From the NCBI GenBank assembly GCA_958295715.1, contig OY282371.1, positions 875,183 to 939,182 of the forward strand: a stretch of 64,000 nt of DNA. The letters run 5' to 3'. A program made the position numbers and the translations under genes. The stretch comes from an uncultured Dehalococcoidia bacterium. Lineage in GTDB: Bacteria > Chloroflexota > Dehalococcoidia > Lucifugimonadales > GCA-2712585. Positions 25,601 through 37,600 of this stretch are shown in pieces; positions within the stretch are counted from its first letter, which is position 1; every line of letters begins with the position of its first letter. Under the pieces are notes generated by a model. It was not told the origin of the DNA, ran no database searches, and was given only the letters and a program-made list of their open reading frames with translations.

Positions 25601-28600
25601 AGATAGAGAGGGTGGCGTTGTCGTCGTCGGTGATGGTGAGGGTGGCTGAGGAGACGGAGAGTCCTACGCCCGACGCGGTGGATCCCTCAACGATGATAGT
25701 CTCGTTGCCCTCGACTATGGCGTCAGAGGTGGGGGTGACGGCGAGAGTGGCTGTTCCCGAGGCGTCGCCTGCGGAGATAGTGACGTTGGCGGGGGTGGCC
25801 GAGTAGTCGTCGGTTCCCGAGGCCGTGCCTGCCAGGGTGACGGTGACCAGAGTGTCCGTGGCGCGGGTGGTGGAGCCGTCGAGGGTGGCGGTGACGGTGA
25901 GGTTGGTGGCGGCGTCGGACTCGCCGATGGAAGTGGAACTGAGGGATAGGGAGATGTCGGTGGGAGCGTCGTCGTCGTCGGTGATGGTGGTGGAGACGGA
26001 GGTGACGGTTCCCAGCGTCGGTGAAGGCCCTCCGCCGCCTGAGGGTCCTGAGATAGAGAAGGAGAAGCCCTCGCCTGCGCCCTCGTCGATGACGTCCTGG
26101 GTTGTCTGGACCTCGACAGTCTGGGAGCCTGGGGCGGCGTTGGTGAAAGTCAACGTCCCCGAGGCGGCAGTGTAGTCGCCGGCGCCGGCGGTGCCGTGGG
26201 CGGTGGCGTAGCTGACGGTGAGGTCTGATGTGGGGGTGACGCCTGAGGGAGAGAGGGATACGGTGTAAGTGGCCTTGGCGCCCTCGTTGACGTCGGAGGG
26301 ACCTGAGAGATTGACGGTGATGGGGTCGCTGGCGGAGATGGTGACGTCGCTGGAGGCCGCCGTGGCCGATAGGGACACGCGAGCGGAGAGGGTGCTGGTG
26401 ATGGCGCCAAGGGCGACGGAAAAGGCTTCGGAGGTCTCCGACAGACTGTCGTTGATGATGGCGACGGTGAAAGTCTTCGTAGCCCCGGCGGCGGAATTGG
26501 CGGTGAAGCTGACCGACCCTGAGGAGGTGGAATCGTAGTCTGCGGCGACGGCGGTGTCGGTGGATGCTGCCCAGGCTACGGCGACGGCGGCGTCGACGGC
26601 GTGGGAGAGAGTGACGGTGAAAGAGGCGTTGGCCCCCTCGGCGACGTTGGCGGCGGGGCCTGAGATAGAGAGAGTGGCGTTGTCGTCGTCGGTGATGGTG
26701 AGGGTGGCGGAAGACACCGAGAGTCCTACGCCCGACGCGGTGGATCCCTTGACGATGATAGTCTCGTTGGTTTCGACTATGGCGTCGGAGGTGGGGGTGA
26801 CGGCGAAGGTGGCGGTGCCTGAGGCCGAGCCTGCGGAGATAGTGACGTTGGCGGGGGTGGCGGCGTAGTCGTCGGTTCCACTGGCCGTGCCTCCGAGAGT
26901 GACGGTGACGAGGGTATCCGTGGCGCGAGTTGTGGAGCCGTCTAAGGTGGCGGTGACGGTGAGGTTGGTGGCGGCGTCCGACTCGCCTATAGAGGTGGAA
27001 CTGAGGGATAGGGAGATGTCGGTGGGGGCGGAGTCGTCGTCGGTGATGGTGGTGGAGACCGACGTGACCGTTCCCAGGGTGGGGGTTGGGCCTCCTCCTC
27101 CTGAGGGTCCTGAGGTAGAGAAGGTGAAGGCCTCGCCTGCGCCCTCGTCGATGACGTCATCGGTGGTCTGGACCTCCACGGTCTGGGAGCCTGGGGCGGC
27201 GTTGGTGAAAGTGAGGGTCCCCGAGGCGGCGGTGTAGTCGCCGGCGCCGGCTGTGCCGTGGGCGGTGGCGTAGTTGACGGTGAGGTCCGATGTGGGGGTG
27301 ACGCCCGAGGGAGAGAGGGAGACGGTGTAGGTGGCCTTGGCCCCCTCGTTGACCGATGAGGGTCCCGAGAGGTTGACGGTGATGGGGTCTGAGGCCGAGA
27401 TGGTGACGTCGCTGGAGGCCGCCGTCCCCGACAGGGAGACCCTTGCCGACAACGTGGAGGTGATGGCGCCAAGGGCGACGCTGAAGGCCTCCGCGGTCTC
27501 CGACAGACTGTCGTTGACGATGGCGACGGTGAAAGATTTCGTAGCCCCGGCGGCTGAGTTGGCCGTGAAGCTGACCGACCCGGAAGCGGTTGAACCGTAG
27601 TCGGCGGCGACGGCGGTGTCGGCGGAGGCCGACCAGGCGACGGATACGGCTGCGTCCACGGCGTGGGAGAGAGTGACGGTGAAAGAGGCGTTGTTTCCTT
27701 CGGCGACGTTGGCTGAGGGGCCAGAGATAGAGAGAGTGGCGTTGTCGTCGTCGGTGATGGTGAGGGTGGCTGAAGACACCGTCAAGCCCACTGATGAAGC
27801 CGTCGTGCCCTGGACGATGATAGACTCGTTGCCCTCGACTATGGCGTCGCTTGTGGGGGTGACGGCGAAGGTGACGGTTCCCGAGGCTGAGCCTGCGGAG
27901 ATAGTGACGTTGGCCGGGGTGGCGGCGTAGTCGTCGGTTCCACTGGCGGTGCCTGCGAGAGTGACGGTGACCAGGGTGTCCGTGGCGCGAGTGGTGGAAC
28001 CGTCCAAGGTGGCGGTGACGGTGAGGTTGGTTGCTGAGTCCGACTCGCCGATGGAAGTGGAACTGAGGGATAGGGATACGTCGGTGGGGGCCGAGTCGTC
28101 GTCGGTGATGGTGGTGGAGACGGAGGTGACGGTTCCCAGGGTTGGGGTAGGGCCTCCTCCTCCCGAGGGGGAGGAGATAGAGAAGGTGAATCCCTCGCCG
28201 GCCCCCTCGTCAATGACGTCCTGGGTGGTCTGGACCTCCACGGTCTGGGAGCCTGGGGCGGCGTTGGTGAAAGTCAACGTGCCTGAAGCGGCGGTGTAGT
28301 CGCCGGCGCCGGCGGCGCCGTGGGCTGTGGCGTAGTTGACGGTGAGGTCCGAGGTGGGGGTGACGCCTGAAGGGGAGAGGGATACGGTGTAAGTGGCCTT
28401 CGCCCCTTCGTTGACGGAGCCGGGGCCTGAGAGATTGATAGTGATGGGGTCTGAGGCGGAGATGGTGACGTCGCTGGAGGCCGCCGTGGCCGACAGGGAC
28501 ACCCTTGCCGACAGCGTACTGGTGATGGCGCCGAGAGCCACACTGAAGTCCTCTGAAGTCTCGGATAGGTCGTCGTTGATGATGGCGACGGTGAACGTCT

Positions 28601-31600
28601 TGGTGGAGTTGGCCGCGGAATTGGCGGTGAAGCTGACCGACCCGGAGGAGGTGGAATCGTAGTCGGCGGCGACGGCGGTGTCTGCGGAGGCTGCCCAGGC
28701 GACGGATACGGCGGCGTCGACGGCGTGGGAAAGGGTGACGGTGAAAGAGGCGTTGTTTCCCTCGGCGACGTTGGCTGAGGGGCCAGAGATGGAGAGAGTG
28801 GCGTTGTCGTCGTCGGTGATAGTGAGGGTGGCAGAAGACACCGTCAAGCCCACTGATGAAGCCGTCGTGCCCTGCACAATGATGGTCTCGTTGCCCTCGA
28901 CTATGGCGTCGGAGGTGGGGGTGACGGCGAAGGTGACGGTGCCCGAAGCCGAGCCTGCGGAGATAGTGACGTTGGCGGGGGTGGCCGAGTAGTCGTCGGT
29001 TCCCGAGGCGGTTCCCCCTAGGGTGATGGTGACCAAGGTGTCGGTGGCGCGGGTGGTGGAGCCGTCGAGGGTGGCGGTGACGGTAAGGTTGGTGGCTGAG
29101 TCCGACTCGCCGATAGAGGTGTCGCTGAGGGATAGGGATATGTCGGTGGGGGCGTCGTCGTCGTCGGTGATGGTGGTGGAGACGGAGGTGACCGTTCCCA
29201 GGGTTGGGGTTGGGCCTCCTCCGCCCGAGGGTCCTGAGACAGAGAAGGTGAAGCCCTCGCCAGCCCCCTCGTCGATGACGTCACCGGTGGTCTGGACCTC
29301 CACGGTCTGGGAGCCTGGGGCGGCGTTGGTGAAAGTGAGGGTCCCCGAGGTGGCGGTGTAGTCACCGGCGCCGGCTGTGCCGTGGGCGGTGGCGTAGTTG
29401 ACGGTGAGGTCTGAGGTGGGGGTGACGCCCGAGGGGGAGAGAGAGACGGTGTAAGTGGCCTTGGCCCCTTCGTTGACGGAGCCTGGGCCTGAGAGGTTGA
29501 TAGTGATGGGGTCTGAGGCGGAGATGGTGACGTCGCTGGAGGCCGCCGTGGCCGACAGGGAGACCCTTGCCGACAACGTGGAGGTGATGGCGCCAAGGGC
29601 GACGGAAAAGGCTTCGGAGGTTTCCGAGAGGTCGTCGTTGACGATGGCTAGGGTGAAGGTCTTGGTGGAGTTGGCCGCGGAATTGGCCGTGAAGCTGACG
29701 GAGCCTGAGGAGGTGGAATCGTAGTCGGCGGCCACGGCGGTGTCTGCGGAGGCCGCCCAGGCGACGGAGACGGCTGCGTCGACGGCGTGGGAGAGGGTGA
29801 CGGTGAAGGACGCGTTGGCGCCTTCGGCGACGTTGGCGGCGGGGCCAGAGATAGAGAGAGTGGCGTTGTCGTCGTCGGTGATGGTGAGGGTGGCTGAGGA
29901 GACGGAGAGTCCCACCCCCGAAGCGGTGGATCCCTCGACGATGATAGTCTCGTTGGTTTCGACTATGGCGTCGGAGGTGGGGGTGACGGCGAAGGTGGCG
30001 GTTCCTGACGCGTCGCCTGCGGAGATAGTGACGTTGGCGGGGGTGGCCGAGTAGTCGGCGGTTCCACTGGCCGTGCCCGCCAGAGTGACGGTGACCAGAG
30101 TGTCGGTGGCGCGAGTTGTGGAGCCGTCTAAGGTAGCGGTGACGGTGACGTTGGTTGCGGAGTCCGACTCGCCGATAGAGGTGTCGCTGAGGGATAGGGA
30201 CACGTCAGTGGGGGCCGAGTCGTCGTCGGTGATGGTGGTGGAGACAGAAGTGACCGTTCCCAGGGTGGGGGTAGGGCCTCCTCCTCCTGAGGGTCCTGAG
30301 ATAGAGAAGGTGAAGGCCTCGCCGGCGCCCTCGTCGATGACGTCCTGGGTGGTCTGGACCTCCACGGTCTGGGAGCCTGGGGCGGCGTTGGTGAAAGTCA
30401 ACGTCCCCGAGGTGGCGGTGTAGTCACCGGCGCCGGCTGTGCCGTGGGCGGTGGCGTAGTTGACGGTGAGGTCGGAGGTGGGTGTGACGCCCGAGGGGGA
30501 GAGGGATACGGTGTAGGTGGCCTTGGCCCCCTCGTTGACGGAGCCTGGGCCCGAGAGATTGATAGTGATGGGGTCTGAGGCGGAGATGGTGACGTCGCTG
30601 GAGGCCGCCGTCCCTGAAAGGGAGACGCGGGCCGAGAGGGTGGAAGTGATGGCGCCAAGGGCGACGCTGAAGGCCTCTGAAGTCTCCGACAGACTGTCGT
30701 TGATGATGGCGACGGTGAACGTCTTGGTGGAGTTGGCCGCTGAGTTGGCGGTGAAGGAGACGGAGCCGGAGGAGGTTGAACCGTAGTCGGCGGCTACGGC
30801 GGTGTCTGCGGATGCCGCCCAGGCGACGGAGACGGCTGCGTCCACGGCGTGGGAGAGGGTGACGGTGAAGGAGGCGTTGTTTCCCTCGGCGACGTTGGCT
30901 GATGGACCTGAGATGGAGAGGGTGGCGTTGTCGTCGTCGGTGATAGTGAGGGTGGCTGAACTCACCGTCAGGCCGACGCCTGAAGTCGTCGTGCCCTGCA
31001 CGATGATGGTTTCGTTGCCCTCGACTACGGCGTCGGAGGTGGGGGTGACGGCGAAGGTGGCGGTTCCCGATGCGTCGCCTGCGGAGATAGTGACGTTGGC
31101 GGGGGTGGCGGCGTAGTCGTCGGTTCCACTGGCCGTGCCTGCTAGGGTGATGGTGACCAGAGTGTCCGTGGCGCGGGTGGTGGAGCCGTCGAGGGTGGCG
31201 GTGATGGTGACGTTGGTTGCGGAGTCGGACTCGCCGATAGAGGTGGCGCTGAGGGATAGGGATATGTCGGTGGGGGCGTCGTCGTCGTCGGTGATGGTGG
31301 TGGACACCGACGTGACCGTTCCCAGGGTTGGGGTTGGGCCGCCGCCGCCCGAGGGCCCTGAGATAGAGAAGGAGAAGCCCTCGCCGGCGCCCTCGTCGAT
31401 GACGTCCTGAGTGGTCTGGACCTCCACGGTCTGAGAGCCGGCGGCGCTGCTGGTGAAAGTCAACGTCCCTGAAGCGGCGGTGTAGTCGTCGGCGCCGGCT
31501 GTGCCGTGGGCGGTGGCGTAGTTGACGGTGAGGTCCGAGGTGGGGGTGACGCCTGAAGGAGAGAGGGAGACGGTGTAAGTGGCCTTGGCGCCCTCGTTGA

Positions 31601-34600
31601 CCGATGAGGGGCCTGAGAGGTTGACGGTGATGGGGTCTGAGGCCGAGATGGTGACGTCGCTGGAGGCCGCCGTCCCTGACAGGGACACCCGTGCCGACAG
31701 CGTGGAAGTGATGGCGCCAAGGGCCACACTGAAGGCCTCTGAAGTCTCCGACAGACTGTCGTTTATGATGGCGACGGTGAAGGTCTTGGTGGAGTTGGCT
31801 GAAGAGTTGGCGGTGAAGGAGACGGAGCCTGAGGAGGTTGAACCGTAGTCGGCGGCTACGGCGGTGTCTGCGGAGGCTGCCCAGGCTACGGAGACGGATG
31901 CGTCGACGGCGTGGGAGAGAGTGACGGTGAAAGAGGCGTTGTTTCCCTCGGCGACGTTGGCGGCGGGTCCAGAGATAGAGAGAGTGGCGTTGTCGTCGTC
32001 GGTGATGGTGAGGGTGGCGGAGGAAACCGTCAATCCGACCCCTGAAGCCGTCGTGCCCTGCACGATGATGGTTTCGTTGCCCTCGACTACGGCGTCGGAG
32101 GTGGGGGTGACGGCGAGGGTGGCGGTTCCCGAGGACGAGCCTGCGGAGATAGTGACGTTGGCGGGGGTGGCGGAGTAGTCGTCGGTTCCACTGGCCGTTC
32201 CCCCGAGGGTGACGGTGACCAGGGTGTCCGTGGCGCGGGTGGTGGAGCCGTCGAGGGTGGCGGTGACGGTGATGTTGGTTGCGCCGGCGGCCTCGCCGAT
32301 GGAGGTGGAACTGAGAGATAGGGACACGTCAGTGGGCGCCGAGTCGTCGTCGGTGATGGTGGTGGAGACGGACGTGACCGTTCCCAGGGTTGGGGTTGGC
32401 CCGCCGCCGCCCGAAGGGCCGGAGATAGAGAAGGTGAAACCCTCGCCTGCGCCCTCGTCGATGACGTCCTGGGTTGTCTGGACCTCGACGGTCTGTGAGC
32501 CTGGGGCGGAACTGGTGAAAGTCAACGTCCCCGAAGCGGCGGTGTAGTCGCCGGCGCCGGCGGTGCCGTGGGCGGTGGCGTAGTTGACGGTGAGGTCGGA
32601 GGTGGGGGTGACGTTGGCCGGTGAGAGGGAGACGGTGTAAGTGGCCTTGGCCCCCTCGTTGACCGAGCCGGGCCCCGAGAGATTGATAGTGATGGGGTCT
32701 GAGGCCGAGATGGTGACGTCGCTGGAGGCCGCCGTGGCCGACAGGGAGACGCGGGCCGACAACGTGGAAGTGATGGCGCCAAGGGCGACGGAAAAGGCCT
32801 CCGAGGTCTCCGAGAGGTCGTCGTTGACGATGGCGACGGTGAAGGTCTTGGTGGAGTTGGCGGCTGAGTTGGCGGTGAAGCTGACCGACCCGGAAGCGGT
32901 TGAACTGTAGTCTGAGGTGGCCGCCGTGTCGGCGGAAGCTGCCCAGGCGACGGAGACGGCGGCGTCGACGGCGTGGGAAAGGGTGACGGTGAAAGAGGCG
33001 TTGTTTCCCTCTGCGACGTTGGCGGCGGGGCCTGAGATGGAGAGAGTGGCGTTGTCGTCGTCGGTGATGGTGAGGGTGGCTGAGGACACCGTCAATCCGA
33101 CCCCCGACGCGGTGGAGCCGTTGACGATGATGGTCTCGTTGGCCTCGACGATGGCGTCGGAGGTGGGGGTGACGGCGAAGGTGGCGGTTCCCGAGGCCGA
33201 GCCTGCTGAGATAGTGACGTTGGCGGGGGTGGCGGCGTAGTCGTCGGTTCCACTGGCCGTGCCTCCGAGAGTGACGGTGACCAGGGTGTCCGTGGCGCGA
33301 GTGGTGGAGCCGTCGAGGGTGGCGGTGACGGTGACGTTGGTGGCGGCGTCGGACTCGCCGATGGAAGTGGAACTGAGAGAGAGGGACACGTCGGTGGGGG
33401 CGTCGTCGTCGTCGGTGATGGTGGTGGAGACGGAGGTGACCGTTCCCAGGGTTGGGGTTGGGCCGCCGCCGCCCGAGGGTGAGGAGATAGAGAAGGTGAA
33501 GCCCTCGCCCGCGCCCTCGTCGATGACGTCCTGGGTGGTCTGGACCTCCACGGTCTGGGAGCCTGGGGCGGCGTTGGTGAAAGTCAACGTCCCCGAGGCG
33601 GCGGTGTAGTCGCTGGCGCCGGCCGTGCCGTGGGCGGTGGCGTAGTTGACGGTGAGGTCTGAGGTGGGGGTGACGCCCGAGGGGGAGAGGGACACGGTGT
33701 AAGTGGCCTTGGCCCCCTCGTTGACGTCGGCTGGCCCCGAGAGATTGATAGTGATGGGGTCTGAGGCGGAGATGGTGACGTCGCTGGAGGCCGCCGTCCC
33801 CGACAGGGACACCCTTGCAGACAGCGTGGAAGTGATGGCGCCGAGGGCGACGGAAAAGGCTTCGGAGGTCTCCGAAAGGCTGTCGTTGATGATGGCGACG
33901 GTGAAGGTCTTGGTGGAGTTGGCGGCAGAGTTGGCCGTGAAGCTGACCGACCCGGAAGCGGTTGAATCGTAGTCGGCGGCTACGGCGGTGTCTGCGGAGG
34001 CTGCCCAGGCGACGGATACGGCGGCGTCAACGGCGTGGGAGAGGGTGACGGTGAAAGAGGCGTTGGAGCCTTCGGCGACGCTGGCCGCGGGGCCAGAGAT
34101 AGAGAGAGTGGCGTTGTCGTCGTCGGTGATGGTGAGGGTGGCTGAGGACACCGTCAATCCGACCCCTGAAGCCGTGGAGCCGTTGACGATGATAGTCTCG
34201 TTGCCCTCGACCACGGCGTCGCTTGTGGGGGTGACGGCGAAGGTGGCGGTTCCCGAGGCGTCGCCTGCGGAGATAGTGACGTTGGCGGGGGTGGCGGCGT
34301 AGTCCGTGGTTCCCGAGGCCGAGCCTGCCAGGGTGATGGTGACGAGGGTGTCCGTGGCGCGGGTAGTGGAGCCGCCGAGGGTGGCGGTGACGGTGACGTT
34401 GGTTGCGGAGTCCGACTCGCCGATAGAGGTGGAACTGAGGGATAGCGACACGTCTGTGGGCGCCGAATCGTCGTCGGTGATGGTGGTGGAGACGGAGGTG
34501 ACCGTTCCCAGGGTTGGGGTAGGGCCGCCGCCGCCTGAGGGTCCTGAGATAGAGAAGGTGAAGGCCTCGCCGGCGCCCTCGTCGATGACGTCATCGGTGG

Positions 34601-37600
34601 TCTGGACCTCCACGGTCTGGGAGCCTGGGGCGCTGCTGGTGAAAGTCAACGTCCCCGAGGCGGCGGTGTAGTCGTCTGCGCCGGCTGTGCCGTGGGCGGT
34701 GGCGTAGGAGACGGTGAGGTCCGAGGTGGGTGTGACGCCCGAGGGGGAGAGGGACACGGTGTAGGTGGCCTTGGCCCCCTCGTTGACCGAGCCTGGTCCC
34801 GAGAGGTTGACGGTGATGGGGTCTGAGGCGGAGATGGTGACGTCGCTGGAGGCCGCCGTCCCCGACAGGGAGACCCTTGCCGACAACGTGGAGGTGATGG
34901 CGCCTAGGGCCACGCTGAAGGCCTCCGCCGTCTCCGAGAGGTCGTCGTTGACGATGGCGACGGTGAACGTCTTGGTGGAGTTGGCGGCTGAGTTGGCGGT
35001 GAAGGACACGGAGCCTGAGGAGGTAGAATCGTAGTCGGCGGCGACGGCGGTGTCTGCGGAGGCTGCCCAGGCTACGGAGACGGCGGCGTCCACGGCGTGG
35101 GAGAGGGTGACGGTGAAGGAGGCGTTGTTTCCCTCGGCTACCGCGCCCGATGGTCCGCTGATGGAGAGGGTGGCGTTGTCGTCGTCGGTGATGGTGAGGG
35201 TGGCTGAAGACACCGTCAAGCCTACGCCTGAAGTCGTCGTGCCCTGGACGATGATAGTTTCGTTGCCCTCGACTATGGCGTCGGAGGTGGGGGTGACGGC
35301 GAAGGTGGCGGTGCCTGAGGCGTCGCCTGCTGAGATAGTGACGTTGGCGGGGGTGGCGGCGTAGTCGTCGGTTCCAGAGGCGGTTCCCGCGAGAGTGACG
35401 GTGACCAGGGTGTCGGTGGCGCGGGTAGTGGAGCCGTCGAGGGTGGCGGTGACGGTGAGGTTGGTGGCGGAGTCGGACTCGCCGATGGAGGTGTCGCTGA
35501 GGGATAGCGATATGTCGGTGGGGGCGTCGTCGTCATCGGTGATGGTGGTGGAGACGGAGGTGACCGTTCCCAGGGTTGGGGTTGGCCCGCCGCCGCCCGA
35601 GGGGGAGGAGATAGAGAAGGTGAAAGCCTCGCCCGCGCCCTCGTCAATGACGTCCTGGGTGGTCTGGACCTCGACGGTCTGGGAGCCGGCGGCGCTGCTG
35701 GTGAAAGTGAGGGTGCCTGAAGCTGCCGTGTAGTCATCGGCGCCGGCCGTGCCGTGGGCGGTGGCGTAGTTGACGGTGAGGTCTGATGTGGGGGTGACGC
35801 CCGAGGGAGAGAGGGAGACGGTGTAAGTGGCCTTGGCCCCTTCGTTGACGTCGGAGGGACCCGAGAGGTTGATAGTGATGGGGTCTGAGGCGGAGATGGT
35901 GACGTCGCTGGAGGCCGCCGTGGCCGACAGGGACACCCGTGCCGACAGCGTGCTGGTGATAGCGCCAAGGGCCACGGAAAAGGCCTCGGAAGTCTCGGAT
36001 AGGTCGTCGTTGATGATGGCGACGGTGAACGTCTTGGTGGAGTTGGCCGCGGAATTGGCGGTGAAGCTGACCGACCCGGAAGCGGTGGAATCGTAGTCGG
36101 CGGCTACGGCGGTGTCGGCGGATGCTGCCCAGGCGACGGAGACGGCGGCGTCGACGGCGTGGGAGAGAGTGACGGTGAAAGAGGCGTTGTTTCCCTCGGC
36201 GACGTTGGCTGAGGGGCCAGAGATAGAGAGGGTGGCGTTGTCGTCGTCGGTGATGGTGAGGGTGGCAGAAGACACCGTCAGGCCGACCCCTGCAGCCGTC
36301 GTGCCCTGGACGATGATAGTCTCGTTGGTTTCGACTATGGCGTCGGAGGTGGGGGTGACGGCGAAGGTGGCGGTTCCCGAATCGGAGCCTGCGGAGATAG
36401 TGACGTTGGCGGGGGTGGCTGAATAGTCGGCGGTTCCCGAGGCGGTGCCCGCGAGAGTGATGGTGACGAGGGTGTCGGTGGCGCGAGTAGTGGAGCCGTC
36501 GAGGGTGGCGGTGACGGTGACGTTGGTTGCGCCGGCGGCCTCGCCGATGGAGGTGTGGCTGAGGGAGAGGGACACGCCGGTGGGGGCCGAGTCGTCGTCG
36601 GTGATGGTGGTGGACACCGAAGACCCGGACGCTAGGGAAGGTGAAGGCCCGCCGCCTCCTGAGGGTGAGGAGATGGCGAAGGTGAAGGCCTCGCCTGCGC
36701 CTTCGTCGATGACGTCCTGGGTTGTCTGGACCTCGACGGTCTGGGAGCCCGCCGCCGTGCTGGTGAAGGTGAGGGTGCCTGATTTGGCGGTGTAGTCGCC
36801 GGCCTTGGCCGTGCCGTGGGCGGTGGCGTAGTTAACGGTGAGGTTGGATGTGGGGGTGACGCCTGAGGGAGATAGGGACACGGTGTAAGTGGCCTTGGCC
36901 CCCTCGTTGACCGATGAGGGGCCTGAGAGGTTGATGGTGATGGGGTCGCTGGCTGCAATGGTGGCGCTGGCGGAGGAGGAGGAGGCGGTTATCCGGGCTG
37001 AGAGGGTGGAAGTGACGGCGCCGAGAGCCACGCTGAAGTTCTCCGCCGTTTCAGAGAGGTTGTCATTGATGGTGGCTATGGTGAAAGTCTTGGTGGAGTT
37101 GGCGGCTGAGTTGGCGGTGAAGCTGACCGAGCCTGAGGTGGTTGAACCGTAGTCGCTGGTGGCCGCCGTGCCCGCGGATGCCGACCAGGCTACGGATACG
37201 GCGGCGTCTACGGCGTGGGAGAGGGTGACGGTGAAGGAGGCGTTGGAACCCTCGGATACCGCGCCCGATGGTCCGCTGATGGAGATGGTTGCGTTGTCGT
37301 CGTCGGTGATAGTGAGGGTGGCAGAGGAGACCGTCAGGCCCACGCCCGCCGCCGTGGCGCCGTTGACGATGATGGTCTCGTCGCCCTCGACGACGGCGTC
37401 GGAGGTGGGGGTGACGGCTAGGGTGGCGGTTCCCGAGGCTGAGCCTGCGGAGATAGTGACGTTGGCGGGAGTGGCGGAGTAGTCGGTGGTTCCCGAGGCG
37501 GAGCCTGCCAGGGTGATAGTGACCAGAGTGTCGGTGGCGCGGGTGGTGGAGCCGTCGAGGGTGGCGGTGACGGTGACGTTGGTTGCGCCGGCGGCCTCGC